Source: a virus. From it: a stretch of DNA of 64,000 nucleotides. The notes below the pieces were generated by a model. The model searched no databases and was not told the DNA's origin. It saw nothing but the letters and a program-made list of their open reading frames with translations. Where the stretch lies: the IMG/VR virus record IMGVR_UViG_3300034378_000186, positions 1-64,000 of that record. One strand, written 5' to 3'. Shown here piece after piece: positions 17,318-27,375 of the stretch. Each line of letters opens with the position of its first letter. Positions within the stretch are counted from its first letter, which is position 1. Made by a program: the position numbers and the translations under genes.

Positions 17318-20191
17318 ATGATAGAATTAATAAAAAAAGCTATAGGTCCAATTTCTAAACAAGATAAGATTGATGAATATCTTAAATTGGAAAAGGAATT
17401 GGAATTAAATAAAGCTGAAATAGATCAATTGGCTGAAAGGTATAATAGATTTAATAAGGAATATCAGAATGGATTAGAACAAAATGGGGAAGATGAAATT
17501 ATTAAAAGTAAACTTCAAAAAAGACATGATACTTTTCTTTCTGAATATTTAATAGATCTGGGAAAGGTTAAAAAGAAAAAGGAAAAAATTGATAAAATGA
17601 TGGGACGCCTAATCAAAGGTGAATCTGATATTATTAGTGAAATTAAAGAAGAAAGAAGGGAACAGGCCTTTATGAATATTAAAGGAATGTATAAAGGCGG
17701 AAAAATCAGTGCAAGTAAATATAACCAAATATGTAAGGCAATGAATTCAGGGGTTACTATGTATAGTGATGTTCTGGTTTTTAATAATAAGGGTGAACTA
17801 CTGCTACTAAAAAGAAATGAGAATGCTTCTTATGAACCTGGAGTTTATTGTTTGCCTGGTGGTCATGTTGATCCAGGGGAATCACATGAACAGGCTGGTT
17901 ATAGAGAATTGATGGAAGAAACTTATTTAACTCCTGGAGATTTAGATCATATAGGGGAATTGAAAAATAAAGATGTTCATATTTGTTATTACAGATGTGA
18001 TTTATTTGATAATGTGTATGATGCTGGAGATCCAGTAATCACCCTACAACATGACGAACATACTGATTTTGAATGGGTGAATCCTTTTGAATTAAGGGAT
18101 TATAAAATGATCAAAGATTCTCAAAATGTTGTATTTGATATTTTATATCCTCATCATAAGGAGGTTGTTAAAATAACTAAATCTTTCCTTACAGGGGAAG
18201 TTAATGAAGATATTTATTTAAGGACTTTAGAAAAGGCAGGATATAAGGATAAGATTGAGGCAATCAAAAAAATGAAAGATCCTGATAATATTTCAGGAGG
18301 GGTGGCAGATGGTAAAACTATAAAAGATGTAATGGATAAATATAATCTTTCAGAAGATGATGTAAAAAAGATTTGTGAGGAAGGCACCAAACATGAAATG
18401 GAACATACTGATGATGAGAATATAGCAAGGGAGATTGCCAGGGATCATATTTGGGAAGATAAGGACTATTATAAAAAACTAAAAAAAATTGAAAAATCTG
18501 ACAATAATTCTAATCCAATAGAAAATACTGTAAAGGAAAGTTTAAAGGTTTTGGTTGTATGTCACAATCAAGGGGTGATACCTCAATCAGTTTTAGAAAA
18601 GGCAATTCAAAATGCTGATGAGATTTTAAAAAGTAATGATTGGACAATTGAAGAATTGGAAGATCAAATGGAAAAAGAGGGATTGTTTGAAAAAGCAATT
18701 ACTATTCAGGAAGATGACATCATTGAACAGGATTCAGTATATGATGAATTTGATTTATATAAAGCCCTTGATACTACTAAACTTGTTTCAAAAAAGGTTA
18801 ATATCCAAAGGAAAGATGGAACTTCCTATATGGCTATTCGTTGGGTGAATCCTGATACAGGGGAATCTTATAAATTTTATGGAACACCTCCAGATCAGGT
18901 AGAATCTGTGGAACAACTTCAACAATTGATAGATTCAGATATGCCTAATGTCAAGAAATATAAAATGATGATCGATGCAGGTATTTATAATAAACATATG
19001 CTGGCAAGGTTAATTAATACTACTCCTTCTAATGCATATCAATATCTCAAACAATCAGATTTTACAGGGGATCAAATTAAAAAATTTTCAGCAGAAAATA
19101 TGGGAAGTGGTATTGTTCCCCCTGCAGAAATAAATGAAGAAACTGGAGAGATTGAAACAGATCCAGATCTTGCCAGTCAAATTGAACAGGAAATCCAGGC
19201 TTTAATTGAGGCTGATGGTTTGAATTTTGATGATTCAGATCTACATAAAATAAATCCTCAAACAGGTAAAGATGTAGTTGATACTGTAATGGATAAGTTT
19301 GTGGATATGGTTGCTAAAAAAGAAGCAAAACTTGCAATGTTTTATGGTACTGGTGGAGTTGGTAAAACTTATGGGGTGAAACAGGTTCTTACTAATCCTG
19401 AAACAATCAATGGAGATACAGGTGAACCATTTGGTAACAAATTGGTAGAATATGAGGCAGAACTTCAACCAAATGAAGATCAATATGATTTCATTAAAAT
19501 TACCGGAAAAGTTTCTCCTTCTAAACTTTATAAAACATTATATGAACATAATGGGAAACTCCTTATGATTGATGATGCTGATGCAGTACTGGAGGATGGA
19601 ACAGCAATTGATATGTTAAAGGGTGCCACTGATACTACTTTGGAAGAAATTTCATGGGATGGTCAACCTATTAAATTAACTGATGGATCTGGTAATGTTC
19701 CTATTAGGTTTAAATTTACAGGGGGTGTGGTAATCATATCAAATCTTTCAGAAAAGAAATTAAGGGAATATGCTCAACCACTTTTGGAATCTAGGGTACT
19801 TTCCTTGGATGTTTCCAGGACGATGGAAGAAACCATTGATAAACTGGATAGGATTAAAGATAAAATGCCATTTGAGGATCGTGATGGTAATCCAATTGAG
19901 GTATCTCAAAAACATAAAGATGTTGCAATTGAATTCATTAAAAAATATAAGAACCATATGCCTGTTGTTCAGGTAAATGGTAGGACATTAGGAAAACTTG
20001 CTCTGATTCATAAAAGAGAATCAAGGAATTATAAAACTGATGTAGATTTTTATAAATCTTATGCTGCCAGATCTTTAATGAATGTTAAAGATCACCAAAT
20101 TAAGGCATTCCATAAAAACAGATTATTGGATGAGGTTAAACAAAGAAAGCAACAAAAATTATTGGTTGATTCTATAAATAATAAAATGTAA
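17318..20191 (+). CDS. multidomain protein: NUDIX hydrolase, HExEH (DUF5661-like) domain, P-loop AAA ATPase
   Basis: GGHVDPGESHEQAGYRELMEET; HEMEHT..AREIARDH..YYKKL; GTGGVGKT, LLMIDD. Confidence 0.85.
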   Translation: MIELIKKAIGPISKQDKIDEYLKLEKELELNKAEIDQLAERYNRFNKEYQNGLEQNGEDEIIKSKLQKRHDTFLSEYLIDLGKVKKKKEKIDKMMGRLIKGESDIISEIKEERREQAFMNIKGMYKGGKISASKYNQICKAMNSGVTMYSDVLVFNNKGELLLLKRNENASYEPGVYCLPGGHVDPGESHEQAGYRELMEETYLTPGDLDHIGELKNKDVHICYYRCDLFDNVYDAGDPVITLQHDEHTDFEWVNPFELRDYKMIKDSQNVVFDILYPHHKEVVKITKSFLTGEVNEDIYLRTLEKAGYKDKIEAIKKMKDPDNISGGVADGKTIKDVMDKYNLSEDDVKKICEEGTKHEMEHTDDENIAREIARDHIWEDKDYYKKLKKIEKSDNNSNPIENTVKESLKVLVVCHNQGVIPQSVLEKAIQNADEILKSNDWTIEELEDQMEKEGLFEKAITIQEDDIIEQDSVYDEFDLYKALDTTKLVSKKVNIQRKDGTSYMAIRWVNPDTGESYKFYGTPPDQVESVEQLQQLIDSDMPNVKKYKMMIDAGIYNKHMLARLINTTPSNAYQYLKQSDFTGDQIKKFSAENMGSGIVPPAEINEETGEIETDPDLASQIEQEIQALIEADGLNFDDSDLHKINPQTGKDVVDTVMDKFVDMVAKKEAKLAMFYGTGGVGKTYGVKQVLTNPETINGDTGEPFGNKLVEYEAELQPNEDQYDFIKITGKVSPSKLYKTLYEHNGKLLMIDDADAVLEDGTAIDMLKGATDTTLEEISWDGQPIKLTDGSGNVPIRFKFTGGVVIISNLSEKKLREYAQPLLESRVLSLDVSRTMEETIDKLDRIKDKMPFEDRDGNPIEVSQKHKDVAIEFIKKYKNHMPVVQVNGRTLGKLALIHKRESRNYKTDVDFYKSYAARSLMNVKDHQIKAFHKNRLLDEVKQRKQQKLLVDSINNKM

Positions 20192-20195
20192 AGTT

Positions 20196-20333
20196 ATGTA
20201 CGAACATGCATTTCAACACATGACAGATCAGGAGCTTAGAAATATATATTTCACTATGCTCAAGACTAACTCTGTTCATTCCTGGTCATTTAAAGAAATA
20301 ACCAAAGAGATGGAGAAAAGGGTACTTCAATAA
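20196..20333 (+). CDS. small hypothetical protein (45 aa)
   Basis: ORF filling gap. Confidence 0.5.
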   Translation: MYEHAFQHMTDQELRNIYFTMLKTNSVHSWSFKEITKEMEKRVLQ

Positions 20334-20377
20334 TTAAATCATTGGTGAATAAATTATTTAGAATAAGTAAATTTGAT

Positions 20378-21424
20378 ATGGAAAATACTAAAGATCAAGA
20401 ATTTGGTTTACCAGATACAGCAGTTGATATTCTGAATAAAGGATTACAAGACGGGGTTTTAAAAGAGGATATTATATTTAAAGGTAGGGTAGAAATAGGA
20501 AAAGTTAGGAATTGGGGTGGAAGGGAAATGAAAAAAGTTGCTGAAGGAAAATGGGTACCTGTTAAAGAAGGGAAGAAAGGAAAGAAAGAGGAAGATTCAA
20601 AGAAAACAGATCAACCTAAAAAAGAACTTCATGAACATGCTCAATCTGCATCTGAGGGAGCTTTACAATCTGCAGCAAAAAATGCAAAGGATTCTGAAGT
20701 GAGAACTGCTGCTAATACAGAACTGGATAGAAGGGATAAACAAGAAAAGGTTGAATTTGATGAATCTAAAAAAGATGAAGATTCTGTATTATCTACTAAA
20801 GTAAAAGAATACAGGAACAAAATAAAAGGATGGTCTGATAAACAGAAAAGTTTTTTTAAAGAGGGTCATCATAAACCAGGATCTGAGACAAGAAGAGGGT
20901 TAGCTAAATTATTAAAAGATAAGGGAGCAGGTATTGTTAAAGCTGTAAAACATGAAATTGATGATTTCAAAATGGCAGGGATAGCAATTGGTAAAATGTT
21001 CAGTGGTAAAAAACCGGATAAGAAAGAAATGAAAGCTTTAAAAACTGCTGGAAAACATTTGGCTTTGACAGTGGGTACTATTGCTTTGACTGGTGGAACT
21101 GGTCATTTAATCCATAAAGGAGCTGCTGGAGCTTTAAAAGGATTATTCACTCATTATATGGAACATGTGGGGGCTACTACTTTAGGAAGGGCTTTAATAT
21201 TTGCGAGTGATGATCAGGATTTTCCTGAAGAAGAATATAATGCTGAAGAAATGTTTACTCAATTATTAATGGGGTTTGCAGAATATTTAGAGAATTCAGA
21301 TATACCAATTGATGAATGGGTTAATATAATTGGACAAAATGAAGAGAGTGAAGATGAAGCTGCATTAATGGAAGCTTTGGAAGGGGAAGAGGAAGATACT
21401 ACATTAGAAAAAGAAAAATTATAA
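20378..21424 (+). CDS. putative internal head protein
   Basis: IFKG then GKVRNWGG..KKVAEGKWV; Gly/Ala-rich hydrophobic segment. Confidence 0.55.
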   Translation: MENTKDQEFGLPDTAVDILNKGLQDGVLKEDIIFKGRVEIGKVRNWGGREMKKVAEGKWVPVKEGKKGKKEEDSKKTDQPKKELHEHAQSASEGALQSAAKNAKDSEVRTAANTELDRRDKQEKVEFDESKKDEDSVLSTKVKEYRNKIKGWSDKQKSFFKEGHHKPGSETRRGLAKLLKDKGAGIVKAVKHEIDDFKMAGIAIGKMFSGKKPDKKEMKALKTAGKHLALTVGTIALTGGTGHLIHKGAAGALKGLFTHYMEHVGATTLGRALIFASDDQDFPEEEYNAEEMFTQLLMGFAEYLENSDIPIDEWVNIIGQNEESEDEAALMEALEGEEEDTTLEKEKL

Positions 21425-21426
21425 AT

Positions 21427-22284
21427 ATGAAAACAATAGGAAAAGACGATTTTAATTTCTTTATCCCTGTTGAATTTGAAAAAGCAGGTAAAACTGATAA
21501 AGATGGATTACCTGAAAAATTATTTATCAAAGGTGTTGCAAGTACCAGTGATGAAGATTCAGATAGAGAAACCCTTGAACCAAGTGGATATGATTTAAAT
21601 AGGTTCCTTAGGTATGGATTTTTAAATCTGGAACATAAGGCAAAGCAAGATCATAGTTTTATTGTGGGTGAACCAGTTGATGCTAAAGTTGTAAATAATG
21701 AACTTGTTTTAAAGGGATTATTATATAAATCTAATCCAAAGGCTGTTTCGATATGGAAAACTGCTGAAATGTTAAAATCTGAAGGATCAAAAAGGAAATT
21801 AGGGTTTTCAATTGAGGGGAAAGCAATAGAAAGAGATCCTTCTAATCCAAGAAGAATAACTAAAGCTGAAATTACCCATTGTGCCATTACTGCTTCTCCT
21901 AAAAATGTAAATACATTTCTGGATATTATGAAGGGGGAATATGAAGAAGCATTCATAAATCAGGAGTTTGATGATTCAGCAGATGGAGGGGCTGTTTATT
22001 TATTAGATCTAACAAAACCTGATGGTACCAGGATTATAGTTGATAAAGAATTCAATATTACTGTAAATAAGGCCATGAATGCAGGTCATCAAACTGGTAG
22101 AGAATTAACAGGTAAAAATACAAATGGGGCGGCTTTAAAGACTGAATCCCTGGATAAGAAGATGAGAAATCTTCAATATGAATTTAAAGAGGCAATTGTA
22201 AAAATTGCTGATCAACATAAGAAAAAACCATTTAATGATGAAATTTTGAAAAAAATTAAAAATAATATTAAAAAGTTTTTTTAA
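21427..22284 (+). CDS. prohead (maturation) protease
   Basis: IKGVAST..D.D.E, NLEH, LGFSIEG, CAITASPKN. Confidence 0.9.
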   Translation: MKTIGKDDFNFFIPVEFEKAGKTDKDGLPEKLFIKGVASTSDEDSDRETLEPSGYDLNRFLRYGFLNLEHKAKQDHSFIVGEPVDAKVVNNELVLKGLLYKSNPKAVSIWKTAEMLKSEGSKRKLGFSIEGKAIERDPSNPRRITKAEITHCAITASPKNVNTFLDIMKGEYEEAFINQEFDDSADGGAVYLLDLTKPDGTRIIVDKEFNITVNKAMNAGHQTGRELTGKNTNGAALKTESLDKKMRNLQYEFKEAIVKIADQHKKKPFNDEILKKIKNNIKKFF

Positions 22285-22355
22285 TTAAGTAAAAAATGTT
22301 TATTTTTATGGTTAAAGATATTTTTTAAGAATATTTGTAACTAAAATTTTAGAAA

Positions 22356-23075
22356 ATGAAAAACGATAATAATAAAATCGAGAATCCGGAACTCATAAAA
22401 GCTCTCCAAACTATATTTTCTGAAGATGAATTAAAAGAAATGGAAGCTGATCTTTCCAAGGCTGAAAAAGCTGAAGTAGAAGTAGAAATTAATTCAGAAG
22501 AAGAGGAAGATGATGATATGGAGAAGGCTTATAAAAAAGCTGAGGCAGAAGCTGAAGAGCTTGAAAAAGCTTTGAAAGCTAAATCTGATGAATTGGCTGG
22601 ATTAAAGGAAAAAATGAAAAAGGGTTGTGATGCGAAAATTGAAAAAGCTGAAAAAGAAGATATTTCTTTTGAAGTAAATGATGACTTGAAAAAGGCATTA
22701 GAAGAATCAACTGCAAGGAATGCTGAAATTCTTAAATCTGTTCAGGACCTCCGTGAGGAAAATCAACAGATGAAAGAAGAACTTCAAAAAATTGGTAATC
22801 AACCCCAGGGGAGAAAAGGTTATCAAAATTTGAATGTTATTGAAAAGGCTGATGGATCAATACAGGATGAAGATTCTGGTAAAACTATTCTTTCAGTTAA
22901 AAAGAACAAAGGTCAGGTTGAAAAACTAATGGACACTGTTATTAAAAAAGCTGAAGATCCTGAATTGAAAACAAAATGGGAAAATGAACTTATCGGTTTT
23001 AATGCCGGTTCAGCTCCTTTCTCAAAATCTCTGCAAAATGAGATTGAAAAAGAGGGTGTTATTTTAACTGCTTAA
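22356..23075 (+). CDS. scaffolding protein
   Basis: Acidic coiled coil between protease and capsid, many KA/KS/KG sites. Confidence 0.8.
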   Translation: MKNDNNKIENPELIKALQTIFSEDELKEMEADLSKAEKAEVEVEINSEEEEDDDMEKAYKKAEAEAEELEKALKAKSDELAGLKEKMKKGCDAKIEKAEKEDISFEVNDDLKKALEESTARNAEILKSVQDLREENQQMKEELQKIGNQPQGRKGYQNLNVIEKADGSIQDEDSGKTILSVKKNKGQVEKLMDTVIKKAEDPELKTKWENELIGFNAGSAPFSKSLQNEIEKEGVILTA

Positions 23076-23147
23076 TATATAAATATATATAAGTAGGAAC
23101 GATATACTAATTTTTATAAAATATTCGTAATTAAAATTTTTAACAAA

Positions 23148-24656
23148 ATGGAACCAAATTTAGATATTTATAATTTCAACAATGTTGAAACCGGTGCTTT
23201 CCAACAGGATAAAGTATTTGATCTCATGAAGGCTATGAATGCAGGAGATCAAACCGGTCGTGATCTTGATGGTGTTGACACTGCTGGTGCAGCACTGAAA
23301 ACTGAATCCCTTGATCCAACACTGAGGGTATTAACTAACCGTGATAAGCATATCGTTTTCTGGAAGTCAATTCCGAAACAAAAGGCTTACAATACCGTTG
23401 AAGAATACAACCAATTGGTTGATTATGGCCTGGAGACAGGAATCTTCAATGGTGAAGGTGAAACTCCTCAGTTTACAGATTCTATCTACCGTAGGGAATC
23501 TGTACTGATTAAGTATATGGGAATCTCTGGTGAGGTTACTCATCCATATACATTGGTCAACCTTGGTTCAGGTGTTGGGAATGCCCTAGCAAAAGAGGTT
23601 CAGAATAAGACACAATTCCTGCTTCGTGCCATAAATCAGTCACTTCCTACTGGAGACAGTGAAATGGTTGATAATGAATTTGACGGAGTTTTCAAACAAC
23701 ATTACGTTGGTGTAACCGGTGGTCTGGCTGTAAACTGGGATGGTTATTTTAATGACAGTACTGTAATCGATAACAGGGGTGAAGCTCTGAACGATGATCA
23801 GGTTGAGGATGGTACTCAGGCTGTTGTTAATGACAACTTTGGTATGGTCAGTAAAATTCTTGCGAATCCTATTGTTTTCAATGACTATGTGAAGAGATTC
23901 CACGAAAGCAAGCGTGTGAATGTTGGTCAGCCTGGAGCAGTTCAGGGAGCAACAATGGGTCAATCAGTCAACAAAATTACCACTCAGTTTGGTGATGTTG
24001 ATATTATGAATGACATTTTCTTTGATCGTGCAAGATTGATCGGTAAAGTATATAATGCCGGTGCAACTGGCGGAGGAAAAGCTCCTGCAGCTATTACTCC
24101 AGATGGATCTACTCCTGTAGCTGTTGTCACTGACGCTGCCACTAAATTTACTGATGGTGCAGGTGATTACTTCTATGCTGTTACATCCAAAAACAGATAT
24201 GGAGAATCTGCAATGACTATCCTGGACACTACAGCAATTTCTGTATCGGCTACTCAGTCTGTAAATTTGAAATTCACAATTACAAACAATTCTTTCCCTG
24301 CAGAAAGTTTTGTTATCTACAGAACTCAGAAAGATGCTGCTGATTATACAACTGCCCTATTCTATCCAATTCTCACAGTAAGTATTGCCCAACATACTTC
24401 AGGTTATGATGGTGGTGCTGCTGGACTGGTAAGGGACAGAAACAGATTTTTACCAAATACAACCAGTGCTTTGATCTTTGATCCAACTGAGGAAATCCTT
24501 TGTTTCAAGCAATTGGCCCCAATGATGAGAATGGATCTGGCTCGTACCAGTCCTTCCTTCAGGTTTATGGTCCTTTGCTATGGTACTCCATTACTTGGAA
24601 TACCTAAACGGGTTTCAAGGATCGTCAACATTGGTAGAACGATAACTACTTCTTAA
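23148..24656 (+). CDS. major capsid protein
   Basis: GAALKTESLD, AYNTVEEY, KQLAPMMRMDLA, LCYG; high-expression codon bias. Confidence 0.92.
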   Translation: MEPNLDIYNFNNVETGAFQQDKVFDLMKAMNAGDQTGRDLDGVDTAGAALKTESLDPTLRVLTNRDKHIVFWKSIPKQKAYNTVEEYNQLVDYGLETGIFNGEGETPQFTDSIYRRESVLIKYMGISGEVTHPYTLVNLGSGVGNALAKEVQNKTQFLLRAINQSLPTGDSEMVDNEFDGVFKQHYVGVTGGLAVNWDGYFNDSTVIDNRGEALNDDQVEDGTQAVVNDNFGMVSKILANPIVFNDYVKRFHESKRVNVGQPGAVQGATMGQSVNKITTQFGDVDIMNDIFFDRARLIGKVYNAGATGGGKAPAAITPDGSTPVAVVTDAATKFTDGAGDYFYAVTSKNRYGESAMTILDTTAISVSATQSVNLKFTITNNSFPAESFVIYRTQKDAADYTTALFYPILTVSIAQHTSGYDGGAAGLVRDRNRFLPNTTSALIFDPTEEILCFKQLAPMMRMDLARTSPSFRFMVLCYGTPLLGIPKRVSRIVNIGRTITTS

Positions 24657-24680
24657 TCTACTGAATTCTCCTGTAATCCC

Positions 24681-24711
24681 AAGGGCGGGCAATAACTGCT
24701 CGCCCTTTTTT
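24681..24711 (+). terminator. intrinsic terminator after capsid gene
   Basis: AAGGGCGGGCA-ATAAC-TGCTCGCCCTT then T-run. Confidence 0.9.
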
Positions 24712-24758
24712 ATGAATTGAAACATTTAAAATTAAATATTAATTAAAATTCGATAATT

Positions 24759-25274
24759 ATGAAAATTATCTCAACAAAAGAAAACCATAGGGGAAAAGAT
24801 ATTAGAATCCTCAATGAAAAGGTTAAATTTGATACTAAGTTAGAGGCTGATGTTAGTGATAAACTTGGTAAACAAATAATTAAAGAATTACCTGAAGTTT
24901 TCTACGAAAAGGGTAAAGCCCCTTCAAAAGTAGAAGCTAAAAATTCTGAAGAATTGGATAAGGCAAATAAAGAATTGGAAGTGGAAATGAAGAAAAAAGA
25001 TGAAAAGATTGCCGACCTGGAAGCTCAATTGGAAGAAAAAGAAAAAGGGAATGCCAATACAGAAATTGCTCCTGAAGATATGAATATCATTTATGATGTT
25101 TGTATGACAGAAGAGCAAAAACTGAAGGAAACCTGTGAAAGTTTAAAATTCCCTAATAAAGAATGGAAAAAACTTGACCACAAAAGATTAGCTTTCTATG
25201 TGATCAATAAAACCATGAATAAAGAAGAAAATCCAGGGGAAGAAGAAACAACAGAAGAACAACCTAAAGAATAA
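24759..25274 (+). CDS. hypothetical virion-module protein
   Basis: Position after capsid. Confidence 0.6.
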   Translation: MKIISTKENHRGKDIRILNEKVKFDTKLEADVSDKLGKQIIKELPEVFYEKGKAPSKVEAKNSEELDKANKELEVEMKKKDEKIADLEAQLEEKEKGNANTEIAPEDMNIIYDVCMTEEQKLKETCESLKFPNKEWKKLDHKRLAFYVINKTMNKEENPGEEETTEEQPKE

Positions 25275-25278
25275 GTGA

Positions 25279-26073
25279 ATGCCTTCGTTAACTCTGACAG
25301 CAGTATATGAGAAAAATAAGGGACTTATTTTCTCTCCTGAAGAATTGTTTAATATCTATTTTTATGGTATAAACATTCAAAGTAAAGATTGTACTGAATT
25401 GTCAGATGAAACGATTAAGTTTTACTTAAGGACTGCTCAAGGGGAAATTGAAAAATCTCTTGGAATAAGGCTGTTTACAGAACTGATTTCAGAAAATTAT
25501 GATTATTTTCGTGATGATTACGAAAACAATTTCCCTTTTATAAGAACCTCCCTTCCTGTTAGAGATACAAAAACTCTAATAGGAAGGTTAAATGGGGTTG
25601 AACAGATCAGGTACCCAGAACAATGGTTAGCTGAGAAATTTTATAGATCAGGATTACCCTATAGACAATTTGGGGTAGTTCCAAATGGATCTGTTATTAA
25701 TGCAGATGCAGATGTTATTTTAACAGGAGTCAGTAGTTATTATGGATTAAGATCTTATCCTCAGATACCTAATTATTGGTTTGTTCAGTTTATTACTGGA
25801 TTTGAACCAGGAAAAGTACCTGAGGAGTTAATGAATATTATAGGAATGTGGGCAGCAATACCAATACTTGCAATTGCAGGTGATTTAATATTAGGAGCTG
25901 GTATTGCAAGTCAAAGTTTAAGTATAGATGGGTTGAGTCAATCAATTAGTTCAACTTCATCTGCTACTAATGCTGGATATGGGGCAAGAATAGTGGAATA
26001 TAGGAAAACCGTAAAAGAATCCCTTTCCAGATGGAAAAGGGCCTACTCAGGAGTTAGATTTGCGTCACTTTAA
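25279..26073 (+). CDS. head-tail adaptor/neck protein
   Basis: IAGDLILGAGIASQSLSIDGLSQSISST..YGARI. Confidence 0.8.
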   Translation: MPSLTLTAVYEKNKGLIFSPEELFNIYFYGINIQSKDCTELSDETIKFYLRTAQGEIEKSLGIRLFTELISENYDYFRDDYENNFPFIRTSLPVRDTKTLIGRLNGVEQIRYPEQWLAEKFYRSGLPYRQFGVVPNGSVINADADVILTGVSSYYGLRSYPQIPNYWFVQFITGFEPGKVPEELMNIIGMWAAIPILAIAGDLILGAGIASQSLSIDGLSQSISSTSSATNAGYGARIVEYRKTVKESLSRWKRAYSGVRFASL

Positions 26074-26084
26074 AATTATATATT

Positions 26085-26531
26085 ATGAAAACTTTAGAAA
26101 TTTTTTTATTTAGTATCTTACAGGTAGATACTACAACTGCTTTGAAAGATATGTCTTTCAAAGAATTGTTTTTTGGAGATCAATTAAGTGGAACACTTAT
26201 TCTTTTTTCATATTTCTTGTTTTTCCTTGGGATTGTGTTAACAATGTTTTTGGATGTTAGATTGGCAGCAATCAATACTAAAAGGAAAAAGGGGGTTTGG
26301 AAATTTACCTGGAAATATTGGTGGAAGGATAATAGCACCCGGTTTATTTTTAATATATTGGTAGGGGTGATTGGTTTATATGTTCTTCTTAGATTTCCAA
26401 ATCAGTTTATGGAAAAGAGTTTTGAAATTTGGATGCCTTTAGTAGCAGGAGCAGGTTTAGATCTATTTATTATAGTTCTAAGAAGGTTCACCAATATAAA
26501 TATTTTCAATAATAAGCAAGTTTCAAAATAA
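26085..26531 (+). CDS. three-TM membrane protein, holin candidate
   Basis: Three hydrophobic segments. Confidence 0.5.
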   Translation: MKTLEIFLFSILQVDTTTALKDMSFKELFFGDQLSGTLILFSYFLFFLGIVLTMFLDVRLAAINTKRKKGVWKFTWKYWWKDNSTRFIFNILVGVIGLYVLLRFPNQFMEKSFEIWMPLVAGAGLDLFIIVLRRFTNINIFNNKQVSK

Positions 26532-27370
26532 TGTCAAAGGCTATTACAAAATCAGCTCCACCCAACTTAGTTGGGCAACCAAGTGTTAAGTTTGATCTTG
26601 ATACTTTTGAAGCTGCTTTGTGGAATAAAGGATATGATATTATTCTTGAAAAGGCTGTTAGATGTCCTTGTCAGGATAGGGATGCTGCGGCTAAATTAAC
26701 TTGTCATAATTGCCTGGGAACTGGATGGGTGTTTTTAAATGCTCTTCAAACTAAGGCAATTATAACAGGTATAAATAAAACAACTGCTTATAAAAATTGG
26801 TCACAGGAACTTTTAGGAACTGTTGCTGTTACAACAAGGGCTGTTGAAAAATTGGGTTTTATGGATAGGATCACTTTAATTAATGATACTAATACCTATA
26901 ATACTTCTATTTATTCTGAAATATTAAGGGTGAGAGATGTTGCAGGAACTCCTTTTGTATTTCTGAGTTATAAACCTTATGAACTGGAAAAAATGAAGGT
27001 TTATGCTTTCCAAGGGGATGAATTACCTCTTATAAAACTTCCTGTTTCAGGATATTCGATAAGTTCAAATAATCCTTATGTATTGGAATTTTCTTATGAT
27101 TTTTCAACTATAGGATCTTTTAATGGGATAATTAGTGTTACTTATGAGCATGAAATTCAATATCATATTTTGGATTTGCCTCATGATGTTAGAAATTCAA
27201 CAACAGTTAATGCTTGTGGGCAGGAAAGGCAAATTGAATACCCTATTAATGCGATAGCCAGGAAAGCCCATAATGTATTTGAAAAAGCTGATAGGGATGG
27301 AACAGGATTAATTAATAATTCAGATCCAAACTTTGAAGGACCTGAAATTGATGATAATTGTAAAACATAA
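26531..27370 (+). CDS. neck/head-closure protein
   Basis: EKAVRCPC..CHNCLGTGW..LGFMDRIT. Confidence 0.7.
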   Translation: MSKAITKSAPPNLVGQPSVKFDLDTFEAALWNKGYDIILEKAVRCPCQDRDAAAKLTCHNCLGTGWVFLNALQTKAIITGINKTTAYKNWSQELLGTVAVTTRAVEKLGFMDRITLINDTNTYNTSIYSEILRVRDVAGTPFVFLSYKPYELEKMKVYAFQGDELPLIKLPVSGYSISSNNPYVLEFSYDFSTIGSFNGIISVTYEHEIQYHILDLPHDVRNSTTVNACGQERQIEYPINAIARKAHNVFEKADRDGTGLINNSDPNFEGPEIDDNCKT

Positions 27371-27375
27371 AAAAA

